Shown in pieces: positions 37,523 through 51,306 of a stretch of DNA of 64,000 nt. Source of the DNA: Octopus sinensis (taxonomy: Eukaryota); contig NC_042998.1 in the NCBI RefSeq assembly GCF_006345805.1, forward strand, positions 169,632,001-169,696,000, written 5' to 3'. The translations under genes were made by a program, and so were the position numbers. Below the pieces are notes generated by a model. That model made no database searches. It had not been told where the DNA came from and worked only from the letters and a program-made list of their open reading frames with translations. Numbering within the stretch: position 1 is the first letter of the stretch; the number at the start of each line of letters is the position of its first letter.

Positions 37523-37982
37523 TATATATTTATAAAAGAACAGGAATGGAATCTGATTTTTGTTAGCCAGATTAGCTGGCATTTTGCTTTTCTTTACTTT
37601 GCTTTATCTCATAACAGTACACTACAACTGTTGTTGTAACAGTTATAAAATTCAAATTTCCAACAATGTGTTCAGTCAACCAGTCCCTCAGACTTGCACC
37701 CTGTTGTGCATGTTCATATTTATCTATATGTTTCTGTCTTTTACTGCTATATGTGTGTGAATGTATATATATATATATATATAATGTATGTGTGTGTTTT
37801 ATTTTCCTATTTTGTGTTTCAGTCATTGAACTATTGCCATGCTGTGGCACTTCTTGAAGGTTTTTAATCAAATGAATTGACCCCATTACTTATTGTTAAA
37901 CAAACCAACACCAGTTCTCACACAGTGGTGGGGACAAACACAAAAGCACATATACACACACAGATAGTGTGTGTGTGTGTGT

Positions 37983-38283
37983 GTGGCACATAACAAGCAC
38001 CATCTGAATGTAGCTGGTACCAGTGCTCCTTGACTTGCTCCTGTGCTGGTAGCACGTAAAAAACACTATCCGAACATGATTGATGCCAAGCCCGCATGAC
38101 TGGCTCCTGTAAAAAGTGTCCGCTACACTCTCAGAGTGGTTGGCATCAGGAAGGGCACCCAGCTGGAGAAACATTGCCAGATCAGATTGAAACCTGGTGC
38201 AGCCGCTCGCTTTCCAGACCTCAGTCAAACCGTCCAACCCATGCCAGCATGGAAAACAGACGTTAAATGATGATGATGATGAT
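37983..38283 (+). mobile_element. RTE LINE 3' UTR (family E) inserted in the microsatellite of a minus-strand family-A SINE
   Basis: Family-E motifs and (GAT)n tail; SINE-A halves at ~37810-37960 and 38283-38310. Confidence 0.75.
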
Positions 38284-38460
38284 ATACGACAGGCTTCTTT
38301 CAGTTTCCATCTATACTCACACACACAAGCCTTTCCTATTAATTTTTTTCAAATAATATAAGCGCGGGCTACTCACCCCAAGATTCCGAGTTTGACACCA
38401 AGCAGTGACCTATATAGTAATAGTAGCACTTTCATTATGTTCAAATCAATTTTTTATAGG

Positions 38461-38849
38461 CATAGGAGTGGCTGTGTGGTAAGTAGTTTGCTTATGAACC
38501 ACATGGTTCCAGATTCTGTCCCGCAGCATGGCACCTTAGGCAAGTATCTTCTACTATAGCCTCGAGCCGACCAAAGTATTGTGAGTGGATTTGGTAGACA
38601 GAAACTGAAAGAGCCCGTCATATAGATGTATATATGTGTGTGTGTGTTTGTGTGTCTGTGTTTGTCCCCCCAACATTGCTTGACAACTGATGGTGGTGTG
38701 TTTACATCCCTGTAACTTAGCGGTTTGGCAAAAAGAGACCGATAGAATAAGTACTAGGCATCCAAAGAATAAGTCCTGGGGGCGATTTACTCAATTAAAA
38801 GTGGTGCTCCAGCATGGCCACAGTCAAATGACTGAAACAAGTAAAAGAG
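38461..38849 (+). mobile_element. Family-A SINE
   Basis: Both halves match 5416-5820. Confidence 0.88.
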
Positions 38850-38885
38850 TATATATATATATATATATATATATTCACACACATA

Positions 38886-39122
38886 GTATAGATGGGCTGG
38901 ACACGTCGCCCGGATCACCGATAATCGGTGGACGCACGCAGTCATCGAGTGGTACCCACGTGAGCGGAAAAGACCTCCACGACGGTGGAGTGACGATTTC
39001 AAGAGGACGATTGGGATCACGTGGATGAGAAAGGCGCGATCCAGAGAGAAGTGGACAGTGTGCTGTGACCAGCAGTGTCAAATGGACGCCTGACGGACTG
39101 GTCGGTCAAAGTGATCAAAGTG
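38886..39122 (+). mobile_element. Young 5'-truncated RTE LINE (distinct family) with a ~15-bp TSD
   Basis: Open frame 38887-39093 YRWAGHVARITDNRWTHAVIEWYPRERKRPPRRWSDDF..; (CAAAGTGAT)2 tail; ATATTCACACACATA at 38871-38885 and 39123-39137. Confidence 0.9.
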
Positions 39123-39619
39123 ATATTCACACACATACACAATATTTTATAAGATTTTTCATTTTACCCTTTTGTGTGTAATGTATAAAAAAAAGCAACA
39201 ATGTCCAACCTACTTTCCTGTGTACACACACACACACCTCAACCCTTGTACTAACATTTAGAAAAATTGATAGACAGTGAGCTGGTGCTCACCAGTTTGT
39301 GACCACTGTTGACAGTAACAATAACTATTGCTGACACCTAATATTCAGCCTGTGCTAGATCTTATAACAAATACTATATGACAGCAGCAATCTATACACA
39401 GTATATATATTATGTAGCAAAATTCTTCCTGTCATAACATAAAGGGCTAATGAAAAGTTTCCTTTCATCTACTAGATTCTATCAGTACAATTGACATTCC
39501 AAAAATTCTCAATTATTTTTTTAGTCTGGTCATACACGTTTTCACATATACATACATGTAGACTTGAAGGAGCCTCTATATGGTCACTCGAACTGCTAGA
39601 AATAACAGCCAAATTTCCC

Positions 39620-39835
39620 TTAACCCTTTAGCATTTATACTGGCCATATCTGGTCCTTAATATTCTACCTCTTTTATGTTCAGACTGGCCAGATTCTACC
39701 TTTCACATCTACCATACAATGTCATTATAAAAGTAATCACATCATTGAAATCATGAATCCACAAGATAATGCATGATTAATTTAAAACTATGTGAATAAA
39801 TAAGTATTACATGTATTCAATTGCTAATGGATTAA
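39620..39835. mobile_element. piggyBac-like MITE
   Basis: TTAA-CCCTTTAGCATT..TGCTAATGGA-TTAA; same family as 41931-42152 and ~49371-49580. Confidence 0.55.
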
Positions 39836-40239
39836 ATCATAACCTATCATCTTAAAAGATCATATTAGATAATGTAGCCCTTACAACGCCTTAAAAAGAC
39901 AAACTGGTCAAGGCTGGAATGCTTTTTGCATTGTCTGCTTAATTATGGTTGACCTGAAACTAAGTATAACATAAATATATGCAAGGAGATGCTGCCAAGT
40001 TTCTGGCTTTAGGTAAAAGAAAAAACAGGAGGATCAGTTAATTATGATTTCACTCAGTATATTTCCCTCTGATTCACACACATATTGCAGCAGTCCTTCA
40101 GTTTTTCTAAGCCCTGTGAAAGAACTCAAAGGTTAGGCCTGCAACCAGGCCTTTAGTAGTACCCTTAAAGCCAGGAACTTTTCAGCACCTCCTCCTATAT
40201 CCTGGTTATGTCAGTACAGTAAAGCTTTTGTAGGTACAG

Positions 40240-40590
40240 TCGTGGCTATGTGGTAAGTTTGCTTCCCAGCCACATAGATCCTGGTTCAATCCCACTGTTT
40301 GGCACCAAAGTTGACCAAAGCCTTGTGAGTGGATTTGGCAAACAGAAACTGAAAGAAACTCGTCATATATATAGGAGTCTATATCTATGTGTGTGTCTAT
40401 GTTGTCTTCCACCTTACTGCATAATAACCATTGTTGGTTTGTTTACATCCTGCAATTTACTAGTTTCACAAAACAAATTGATAGAATAAGTACCAGGCTA
40501 TAAAGAATAAGTATCGGCATGAATTTGTTTGATTAAAATCCTTCAAGACTGTAACCCCAGTATGACCACAGTCCAATCTCTGAAACAAGA
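40240..40590 (+). mobile_element. Family-A SINE, old
   Basis: Diverged match to both halves; CpG-depleted. Confidence 0.7.
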
Positions 40591-41930
40591 CGATATTGTT
40601 GTCTAAACTAATAACAAGCTTTATTTGGTTTGATATTTTCCCCCTTTCTATTTCGAAATAACAAAACGATTTCAATTTTTGGCATAAGTCCAGCAATTAT
40701 AAGGCAGGGAGTAAGTTGATCACATCGATCCCACTACTCAACTGATATTTTTTTTATCGACTTTGAAAGGTAAAGTCGACCTCAACAGAATTTGAACTCA
40801 GAACATAAGGACTGGCAAAATGCTGCCAAGCTGTTTGCCCAGTGTGCTAACAAGTCCGTCAGCACACCTTATTTTGAAATAACAGCATAATACTTCAAAA
40901 GATATTAACAATAAGTGTCACTTGTGCATATGTCCACACCTGCTAATAGAATTTGTGTTTATAATTTGAAATAAAACGGGACAGTTCAGACATGAAGTCG
41001 AGAGTTGCTATTGTTGAGTTGTTAAAAGCACTTTGACTGTTTTATGCTGTAAGTTGTAGGTTGACTGTCATGAAAGAAGAAAAGCGAAATGAGGAAGTCA
41101 TATCAGAATGTGAATTAACAAACATTACAATCAATTTTCAGAAGAATATATAGTTGAACTGAAACAGGAATTATGTAAAAACATGAGAGAGAAATTGTAA
41201 TTTTGACACAAGACCAACAATATTAGGGAAGTGGGTAAGTCAAGTACATTGACCACCATCCAACCTCGGCAGAATTTCAACTCAGAATGTAAAGGGTTAG
41301 AAGGAAGGAATACTGCAAAACATTTTTTCCAGTGTTCTAATGATTCTCACAGCTCACTGCCCAAGAGAAATTATAGATAATATAAATTGGAGGAAAACTG
41401 TTGATAAAATGCTATACCCTTTTACAGAAGGGAAGAGAGGAACAAAAATGGAAATATATGTATATATATTGATATCTAACATAGGCACAAGGCAACTAAT
41501 TTTGTGGTGGAGCAGGTTATATTTGATTAAATCAATCCAGTTGACTGGTACTTATCTTATTAATCTTGGAAGGACGAAAGGCTACAACAACCTGGCCTGG
41601 ATTTAAATTCTGTCTGAATACTGTAAAGTGAGGATGTTGAGCTCATAATTGTAAGATCATAGTTTCAATTCCTGGGAAAGGCAGTGCATTGTGTTCTTGA
41701 GCAAAACACTTCATTTTACATATGCTGTAATTCATTCAGCTGTAAATGAGTTCCTGCAATATCTGGGAAGTTAACCCTGTGACAAGTCTACCTCCCATTC
41801 AGGAGTGAGTGTTGTAATCTCATACACTTATATACCATGGAAATGAGTTTAAGCTCTGGTCTTGTGAGTCCTAAATACTGTAAAGTGTTTTGTCCAGCTC
41901 GCTTTCAATTTTGTCATCTAACACCATTTT

Positions 41931-42152
41931 TTAGCCCTTTAGCATTCTGATTATTCAGTCAAATGTAATATTTATTTATTCACGTGGATTGCTCTTGCAT
42001 AATCTTATACCTTCGAGATGTTGCTGGTGTGATTGTTTTATCTTTAGAATGACATTGCAGGTAGGTGTGAGATGTTGGATTTGGCTAGTTTGAACATAAG
42101 ACAGGTAGAATATTTGGACCAGATTTGGCTGGTTTGAATGTTAAAGGATTAA
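41931..42152. mobile_element. piggyBac-like MITE
   Basis: TTAG-CCCTTTAGCATTC..GAATGTTAAAGGA-TTAA; internal sequence shared with 39620-39835 (reversed). Confidence 0.55.
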
Positions 42153-42709
42153 GGCATATTTTGCAAATGTAAACTTCTTTTAAACAATAATCTTAATATA
42201 TAAAACAGAGTTTGTGTATGTGTGTGTGTGTGTGTGTGTGCATATGTTCCTTATGAATTTGAAAACTGAGTTGATGTATGAGGTATCAAAAGATTTAGTA
42301 ATCTTTTGGCTACCAAATAAAGTAGGTTTTTTGCACAAATCTTTTTTACTACAAAAGCAATCTCAAAAACGAGGTTGGGTTGCACAATTTTGAGGTCTTT
42401 AGCTAAGGGAGGCAACTCTGCCTGAACAATCTATGTCTTGCAACATAATGAGAAAATGGTTAAAATACATAGAGTTTTACCAGGGAATGAGTCTTCAAAG
42501 GTATACCGTCAATTTTATTAGTATTATTTAGTAGATAAACTTTTAATGTGAAGTATGTTTGTGTTTTGTTTAGCCCAGAGTTGCCTCTGATGTAGCAGAC
42601 CCATCACAGTTCTTTTTTTTTTTTTTCCTGAAATAGTGTAAATATTGATGAAAGGGTGTGTTTTAAGAGATTTCACTGCTATTTGTAGTAGCTCAAGTTA
42701 TCACAGAGA

Positions 42710-42750
<41 letters not shown>

Positions 42751-45294
42751 TGTGGTGAAAAATATACTTTTTCTCAGAATATTTTGCATAATGATTTTTT
42801 AGGAAATCTGGACATCGTTTTTATTGCTAACCATTCAACTTCAAATTAAAATTGTTAATTGTTGGAAGTCAAGTAGACTGAGATGTTCATATAGTGTTAC
42901 TGTATAGAGTGGAAGTTCAATACAAAGTTTGTGGTTAGTAATCCATTACCTTAAATTTGAAGCCATTAAGTCTTTAAACATTATCTTACTGGGTTTAGTC
43001 TTTCGATTGTCATCATGATGGGGTAATACCTTCAAAAATTTAATTGATCATACTGACCTCAATATGTATTTCAATCTGGCATTTATTTTATAGTTCTCTA
43101 CTTGATGAACTGCTAACTTTGAGACATAGTGGGACACAATACTCAATTTAACAACAAATGTAAAAGCACACACACACACACATATACTAGATGCAAGAAT
43201 GACTGTGTGGTTGAGAAGTTTGCTTCTCAACCACATGGTTCCATGTTCGGTTCCTCTACATGGTACCTTGGGCAAGTGTTTTCTACTATAGCCCTAGGCC
43301 AATCACAGACCTATGACTGTATTTGGTAGACAGAAACTGCAGCTTTGTTCATCATAAAATAACTGAAAGACGTGTTTATAAAAAAAAGTGCTGATTCTGC
43401 CCATATGAAAAGAACAAATAATACAATGCGGTTGTAGGTTATAACAGCTGATGCATTGTTAGTATAACAATATAGAATATCATATGAGTTTCTGTAATCT
43501 GTGTGCAACATATAAAATAAGTGTAACATAGCTACAAATGTTATGTCCTACCACAAAATGCACATCCTCGGCATAACCAAAACTGTATCACAAAAACTTA
43601 CCTTTCTCCTTAGAGTCAGAAAAATATTTAATTCCCTAAAATATTTAATTCTTGACAATGCTCAAATAAAACTTACAGTGAAGTACTATTCAAACATTTG
43701 GGACAGTCTGTGCAGTTGCTGTATACAAACATCCTAACCTGCATCCAAACAAAGACCACTACCACATTGATGGGCATGAAATTGCTCACCATCCACACTT
43801 CAATTTATATTCTAGAAGTGTGCTGGCTACTCACTCTGCCTTTTACTTAGCTGATCTCAGGTCAATTCTTGTATTTATCCTTTTCTCACTCATCTCTCCT
43901 TCTCTTGTCTTCCATACTGTGTCAACTTTATCCCTTTCATCTCCCCTAAACACTGAACATTACACCCAATCATTCATATCCAAAACTACCCTCTGGAGTT
44001 CTGCCCCTGCAATGTGATTTTCCTGCAGCAGACAACATATAACTATTCAAGCAGAACTTTACATCAAAGTGGTTGTGAAGGCAATAATCACAGCTCCTTC
44101 CTGCAGACCAGACCAGATCAATAAAAATACTTTTTTAAATTATTTATTTTGCTGTCAATCCTACCATATATATATTTCCTTTGCTGTCATTTCTGATTGG
44201 TTAACTTTTTGTTAAATATACATTGTTCCATAAGCAGTTTGTAAATAACAATTTCACTGTTCTTGTTTTACTATCACAGTAATGATTTCCAATACACTAA
44301 ACTCAACTGTTCTGACCTAGTATTTTTTATTACACTTGTCTTTGCCTTCTTGATTGGGTGTTATTCCCTTCTTAAAACCTGCTCAGAACAATAAATAAAG
44401 CAATCAGTCTTGAAAAAAGTTAAAAGCATGAATAGTATCCAATCTAAAACTCTATCTCAAAAAGAAAACCATGATGTCTGCAAATGCACAACTGTCATAA
44501 GACCCACAAGGCTAACCCTTAAAACTTTTGTAGTCTTAGTTGTACTCTATGCTTAAAATAATATCTCTCTCAAACCATCTTTTATACATGTCATTTCTAC
44601 TGTCTCACACCTCAAAACTAGCAAAACCACACTAACCCACTATTCACTTTTAATTACAAATGACTTGTCTTGCAGCCAATGAGGAGCCTTTACATGGTTG
44701 TTCAACCTAATATAAATATCAACCGAATGTTCTCCAAATCATATTTTATCTTCTTAATTATAGAAAGGAAACATTAGATAATGAATGATGTCCTGCATGT
44801 TGGTTTCAAATTTTTGGCACAAAGCCAGCAAGTTCTAGGGATGATTATATTGACCAAACTGCTGAACTGACACTTATTTTATCGAACCCGAAAGGATGAA
44901 AGGCAAAGTCGACTGTAGCAGGATTTGATCTCAAAATGTGAAGACAGACAAAATGTTGCTGAGCATTTTGCCTGACATGCTAATGATTCTGCCAGCTGTA
45001 GTTACACCAAAGACAAGTTGGTCATAGCTGGAATGTTGTGTGGCTTCTTGATCAAAATTAACTTGGCAAAACTACAAGAAAAACAACAGCAAAAGCATTT
45101 TTCCTCTGTATCACTGAAGAAAACAATGTTAGATATTGTTGTAATTTCTTATTGAAGAGATGAGATCCAGACTCAGCGGTAATTAGATGTTCCAAAATGG
45201 CTCCTCACATTGAACAAAAACAGAGCTTTATGGATACCTCTATGAAGGGTGGGAGTTAACTCATTATAATTGTCGACTTTGGTAACCCTCTGTG

Positions 45295-45535
45295 GAGGTG
45301 CATGGCTTAGTGGTTAGGGTGTTGGATTCATGATCGTAAGATTGTGGTTTCAATTCCTGGACCAGGCAACACATTGTGTTCTTGAGTAAAACACTTTATT
45401 TCACATTGCTCCAGTCCACTCAGCTGGCAAAAATGAGTAAATCTGCGCTGGACTGGCGTTCTGTCCAGGTGGGGAATATATACACCACAAAAACTGGGAA
45501 ACCAACCCTATGAGTGTATATGACTCAGGAAGGAA
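45295..45535 (+). mobile_element. Family-D-related SINE
   Basis: GGAGGTGCATGGCTTAGTGGTTAGGG..GGTTTCAATTCC head, GTTCTTGAGTAAAACAC block, GGACTGGCGTTCTGTCCAG 3' block. Confidence 0.7.
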
Positions 45536-46153
45536 CTTTTTCTGTAGCCCTCTAATGTGTGAGGATATAAGATATCTAATCAATGAACTTAGATATAATT
45601 CATTAACAAATGAGATCGTATTCATTAACTTATTAACAAGAAGTTTTGTTTTGCTTTGGAACTAAAGGGAGCTATTTCTCTTGTTTCACCTCTTGTGTGA
45701 GGACATTTCTCATTCTTCAATCTTAACTCTTTAGTCACAATTAATTACACATGACATTGAAATTTTGTCGTGTCATCCCTTACGTCTCCTTTCTATTTAA
45801 TTTAACACTCAATAATCACATAGCTTGATAGTTTCTATTAATGCCCTTCACAGACCACAACTTGTACTTTGAAACTTCTATAATGTTTATTGTTTTGTTA
45901 TTGTAAACATCCTGTTTCCTTGTCTGTTAATTAGAATTGTTCTTCTATATTTAACATGACAGAATTTTAGAGGTCATTCATATATAATTATTTCCTGCTT
46001 GTTCACACACACACACACACACAAATGTATATGATGATGATGATCATTATCATTACATTTATTATTGTTTGATTTTCTTTTTTTTTTCTTCATATAATCA
46101 CATGTATTTTATTTATGAATATATACATAATACAAAATATGCTTAAACAACAT

Positions 46154-46555
46154 GACACTTATAGGAGATAAGCCAAAACAAATACCTCCCAGAGTGCATT
46201 CTTTTATTGGTTCCTTTTATTGAACTGCAGTCTTGCTGGATCATTAATATCAAGAGTACATTCAGTACTTATTTCAGTGTGGTACTTATTTGATCACTCT
46301 CTGTAAAATGGCTAGGTTACCTTTTGGTGTAAAAAGATAACTCAGCACACCATTGACACTTATAGGAGATAAGCCAAAACAAATACCTCCCAGAGTGCAT
46401 TCTTTTATTGGTTCCTTTTATTGAACTGCAGTCTTGCTGGATCATTAATTTCAAGAGTACATTCAGTACTTATTTCAGTGTGGTACTTATTTGATCACTC
46501 TCTGTAAAATGGCTAGGTTACCTTTTGGTGTAAAAAGATAACTCAGCACACCATT
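46154..46555. repeat. Tandem duplication, 2 x 201 bp, one mismatch seen
   Basis: GACACTTATAGGAGATAAGCC..GCACACCATT at 46154-46354 and 46355-46555. Confidence 0.95.
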
Positions 46556-47737
46556 TTACACAGCTATAAACAAATATTATCCTCCTCCTCATCATCATCA
46601 TCGTTTAACCGTTTCGTTACTGTATGTATTTTGTGATGCTTTGTGTTTCTTTCAATTAATTTTAAATATAACTAAAACTTTAGTAAAATAACTTAGTTAT
46701 CATTCAGCTAGTGTTAGGAACATAAATTGTGACTTAGGTTTGGTGGAAGATTTTAATTCAAAACTTATGAAAACAAGACATTTGTGCAACAGAGCCAGAG
46801 CCGGCTTCAGCCGGGTTAGTAACAAAAAGGTTAACATCCATTTTTCTATGCTGGTATGTGTTAACTGATTTGACAGGAGCCAATGAGTCAGAAGATTGCA
46901 CAAAGCTCTATTGTCTACATTGGATGGATGCCCTTCCTAATGCCAACCACTTCACAGAATGTATTGGTTTATGTGGTACCAGCACAAGTGAGCTCAACAA
47001 GTAATTCACAAGACAAGACCCCCACATCTGAGGAGTTGTAGTATTAAGGGAGGTAGCTTTATGCTAGGTGATGAGAGGTTAGGATATGATAGAGGAGACA
47101 AAAACAGGTGTCTTGCAATAGAGAAGATATGTGGCTGCCTTAGTTGGGAAAAGAAGAGAAGATAGTGATAAAGAGGTATAAGTGTGTGTGCTCACGCACA
47201 CTTAATGGATTTCACCACACTTATCTCTAAGCTACCATAATTCTATTCATAAATCAATTCAAGGCTACAGCAAAAGACATCTCCTTAAGGTACTGCATCA
47301 GGAAATCAAATCTAGATTCAAAGTGAGTGCAAAGCTAACTTCTTAACCATATAGTTATGTCCTTGCACATATATATGTGAAGAATTTTGAATGAAAAGAT
47401 TTTGAAATACTAAGCTATTTCATTTATGAGGGTATGCTGAAAAGTTCCTGGCTTTTGGATAAAAGAAAATACAAGAGGATCGTTAATTATGATTTTATTC
47501 AACAGATTCCATTCTCAGATTCACACACTTATTACAACAGTCTTTCAGTTTTTCTAAGCTCTGTAAAAGGACTCAGAAAGTTGGGACACCAACCAGGCCT
47601 TTTACAATACCCTTAAAGCTAGGAACTTTTCAACACACCCTTGTATTTAATAACATATAATATAAATAATAACATATTCAAGGATATTTTATTGTGTTAC
47701 ACTTGAGTATGTTTTTCATGTTCATGATCAAATATTT

Positions 47738-48407
47738 GTGTGTCTGGTCATGTACTACGGATGGATGAGGAGAGATGTGTGAAGAAGTGCCACTCCCAAA
47801 CTGTTGAAAGAATTCGGGGTAGAGGTAGACCCAGGAAGACATGGGATGAGGTGGTCAAGCATGACCTTCGAATGTTGGGCCTCACAGTGGCAATGAAGAA
47901 AGACCAAGACCTCTGGAGATATGCTGTGACTGCAAAGACCTGACAAATGAAGTGGGTTCATGGCTTGCAGGACAGCCTGCTGTGTTTACCTTGGATCGTA
48001 GGGCAACCTGCTGTGCTTGAGGAGACCTATTGAGTCAAGTACATCAACATCAAAATAAAAATCAAATGGAAATTGTAGTTGTGATACCCGTGCTGGTGGC
48101 ATGTAAAAAGCACCATCTGAATGTGGCCGATGCCAGCACCGCCTTGATTGGCTTCCATGTCAGTGGCACGTAAAAAGCACCAACCGATCGTGGCCTATGC
48201 CAACCTCCTCTGGCCCTGTGCTAGTGGCACGTAAAAAGCGTCCACTACACTCAGAGTGATTGGCGTTAAGAAGGGCATCCAGCTGTAGAAACACTGCCAG
48301 ATCAGACTGGAGCCTGGTGCAGCCTCCTGGCTTCCCAGACCCCGGTCAAACTGTCCAACCCATACTAGCATGGAAAACAGATATTAAACAATGATGATGA
48401 TGATGAT
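47738..48407 (+). mobile_element. RTE LINE 3' fragment: ORF C-terminus plus complete family-E 3' UTR
   Basis: SGHVLRMDEERCVKK..RGRGRPRKTWDEVVKHDLRMLGL (stop 47941-47943) runs on into the subrepeat UTR and (GAT)n tail. Confidence 0.9.
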
Positions 48408-49961
48408 ATCTATAAAACGTGTTTTATTTAACAGCCACACCTTTTCAATTCGTAACTACACTCCACTAGTTACTGCTAGAAGTATATTTATATAATTGAA
48501 ATACTATATTGATTATTGCTTTCTGTCCAAATTTAATGTTCCTGTTTGATGGTAGTGTTCTACTTTCAAATAGCCTTCTTGACACTAATATCATAAAATG
48601 TTTTTATTTTAAAAATAACTCAGTTTTTCAACCATTATCTTTCTGTCTTTTTTGTTTTTTATCTCTTGATCTTATATCTTGATATTTTTAATCAGAACAA
48701 TCACAAACTATGATAAAGCCTCATAGATAAGATCCTGCATCATTTTATGCAGTCTTAAATATAACCTTTTATTTAGACAGTAAATTTATTTTGAGAAATT
48801 CAATTACTATTTCAGTCACAAGTGTTCAGTCAGGTCTGAGCTTAGGCTAAACAACAACTGTATGATGCCTAATTAACTGCCATCTATTGCTACTAAATTG
48901 AGAAATAAATTGTTTTATTCAGTGCACTTGATAATACAACCAGCTAAAGTGTTGCAGTGTTCAAATCCTTGTGCTTGCATTTGACTTTTTTTTTTTTTTT
49001 TTTTTAAGAAAAACCATAGATTAGGTGAATTCTTAACTAGCAGACCCAATGATCAAAGATGTTCCAGCTTTGTCCATTCCCTTTTTTACTGTAGACAGTA
49101 TTTCTAGGAATATATGATCCGTTGTATTGTCTTTTAAGATGGTAGTATTCGATTTTAGGAAGATTTGACTGCTGTTGGTAGCTGATCAAGTGGCTACATA
49201 AAAACTCTCATTACCTAACTTGAGGATTAATGTCTGCTGTTCAGAGGAAAATATATCTATGATTGGCTGGTGTTGTATCCAGAAAATTTATCTCTCATCT
49301 ATCTTCTTTTAACAAATGGCATGATTCAACACATGCCCATGGTACCTTATGATCCAGTCAAGAACTAAATTTAACCCTTTAGCATTCAGATTATTCTGTC
49401 AAACTTAATATTTTATTTATTCACATTGTTTTGAATTAATCATTCATTATCTTGTAACTTTGAGATTTAAATGATGTGATGTTTAGGGTAGGTGTGAATA
49501 GTCAGATGTGGCTGGTTTGTTCATTGTGCTCAGCACTTATCATTTCTTAAATGTAGTTCTTGGATGGATCTTAACCCTTCAGCATTTAAACCAACTATAT
49601 CTGGCCTTAATATTTTGCCTGATGTGTTGTCATGTTGTACATAAATCAATGTTATATAAGATATTTTTTCACATATTGGTTCCAAACTTTCAATTATAAT
49701 CGCACTGATGCACTGCTGCTTTCAGAGTTTTTAATTGATTATAAAGAACTCAATATTTGCTGTGGTAATTAACCATTTTATCCCGTATAAGATTGATAAA
49801 ATAAGTCTATCTTCATTTGAAAGGGTATAGCTCTTTCGCAATGAAAAAGTTAATCTGAATTTGCTGTGATCTGATAATCTTTTCCAATAAAATTATCTTT
49901 CTTTACTTGTCTTGTTTAATATTGAATTATTTATAAATATTGATTGTTTTTTTTTCACCAG

Positions 49962-50070
49962 GTAAAGTGCTACCTTGATAAACACAACTGCAGGGTCGTT
50001 ATGGCTAGTGTATGTTCCAGTGACAAGGAGGAATTCTTGCAAATGAAGTCTCCAACAAAAAACGCAGAAG
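49962..50070 (+). CDS. Candidate internal coding exon of an unidentified gene (VKCYLDKHNCRVVMASVCSSDKEEFLQMKSPTKNAE-G)
   Basis: T-rich acceptor TTGTTTTTTTTTCACCAG, open frame, donor AAG|GTATTA, non-repetitive sequence. No family recognised. Confidence 0.5.
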
Positions 50071-51270
50071 GTATTAAATATTCTAATCTATTTTTAATTG
50101 AAGGAAGAAAAAAAAAATGCTTATGAATTTGTTTTGCAAGATAGCTGATGTGAAATCATGTGTTGAAACAGATATTGTTATGTTTCAGGATGGTCATTCA
50201 TTATGATATTTCTTACCAAATAAACATACACACTATATATTTGTTCTTCACTCATTTATTATTGTTCTTATTTTATCTTATGTCCATTCTCACGCACCTG
50301 TGACCTCCTCAGTGACTCTTCTATCCAATGTGTCTCCTCCTGTTCAGAGTGAAGAATGAATATATAGTGCATGTGTTTATTTGGCAAGAAAAAATAAACG
50401 ACCATCCCAAAACAGAAGAAAAATTGTTTACCAGAAAATGATATACTCATCTTCTAATGTTTTTGTAGTTTTAGAATCATATTTTGGTTCATTGTGGTTA
50501 TTATTGTTTATTTAACCTCCAGTGAGCTCAATAGAACACACTTATTGTCAAAGGTATTCCAACTGTGACCATCCTGACATATTTTGAGACACAATGTATT
50601 GTGGATTACACCAACCAATGAGTCAGTTTTTTTTTTATCTTATTTATTTCTAAGATAGTGTGAAAAACCAATTTGCTTATAAGAGAAATATAATTTTGCT
50701 TGGAAACAAGTAAGTGTTTGTGACAGGACAGGCATCTGGCCATACAAAATCTATTTCAACAAACTCCATGAGACCCTTACAAGCATGGAAAAGTGGATAC
50801 TAAATGATGATGTCCCAATAGACATCCACCTTTCATATTAAAGACCAGCAAAAGTTGCTGACTGTTACCACTTTGTGATCAAGCCTTTTAATAAATAACA
50901 AATAACCAACAAAAAGACTTTGGGATCTACTAGTTTTCATAACCAGTTAACATTATCCACAATTATAATAAGGGGTTTATATCATATATTCAAACGTAGT
51001 TTGCTGAAAAGTGTGGAAATTAAATTTAATTAATTTTAAATTTACCTTGGGTAAGTGTCTTCTGCAGTAGTCCCAGGCTGACCAAAGCTTTGTGAGTAGA
51101 TTTTAGTAGACAGACACTGAAAGAAGCCCAACAAATATATCTATCTATCTATCTATCGATTGATTTGATTGTAATATGCTTTTTATTAAAGCTGAAAAAA
51201 TCTTCACAAACTGTTACTTAAAGTTTCACATTACTGTTTTTCAGATAGTTGTGATCATATATCATCACAG

Positions 51271-51306
51271 CTGTCTGATGAATGGTATCATGAAACTGAG
51301 TAACAG
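51271..51306 (+). ncRNA. Canonical minimal type-I hammerhead ribozyme motif
   Basis: CTGT CTGATGA ATG gtat CAT GAAAC tga GTA ACAG: all conserved core nucleotides present, stems I-III pair, GUA triplet. Confidence 0.75.
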
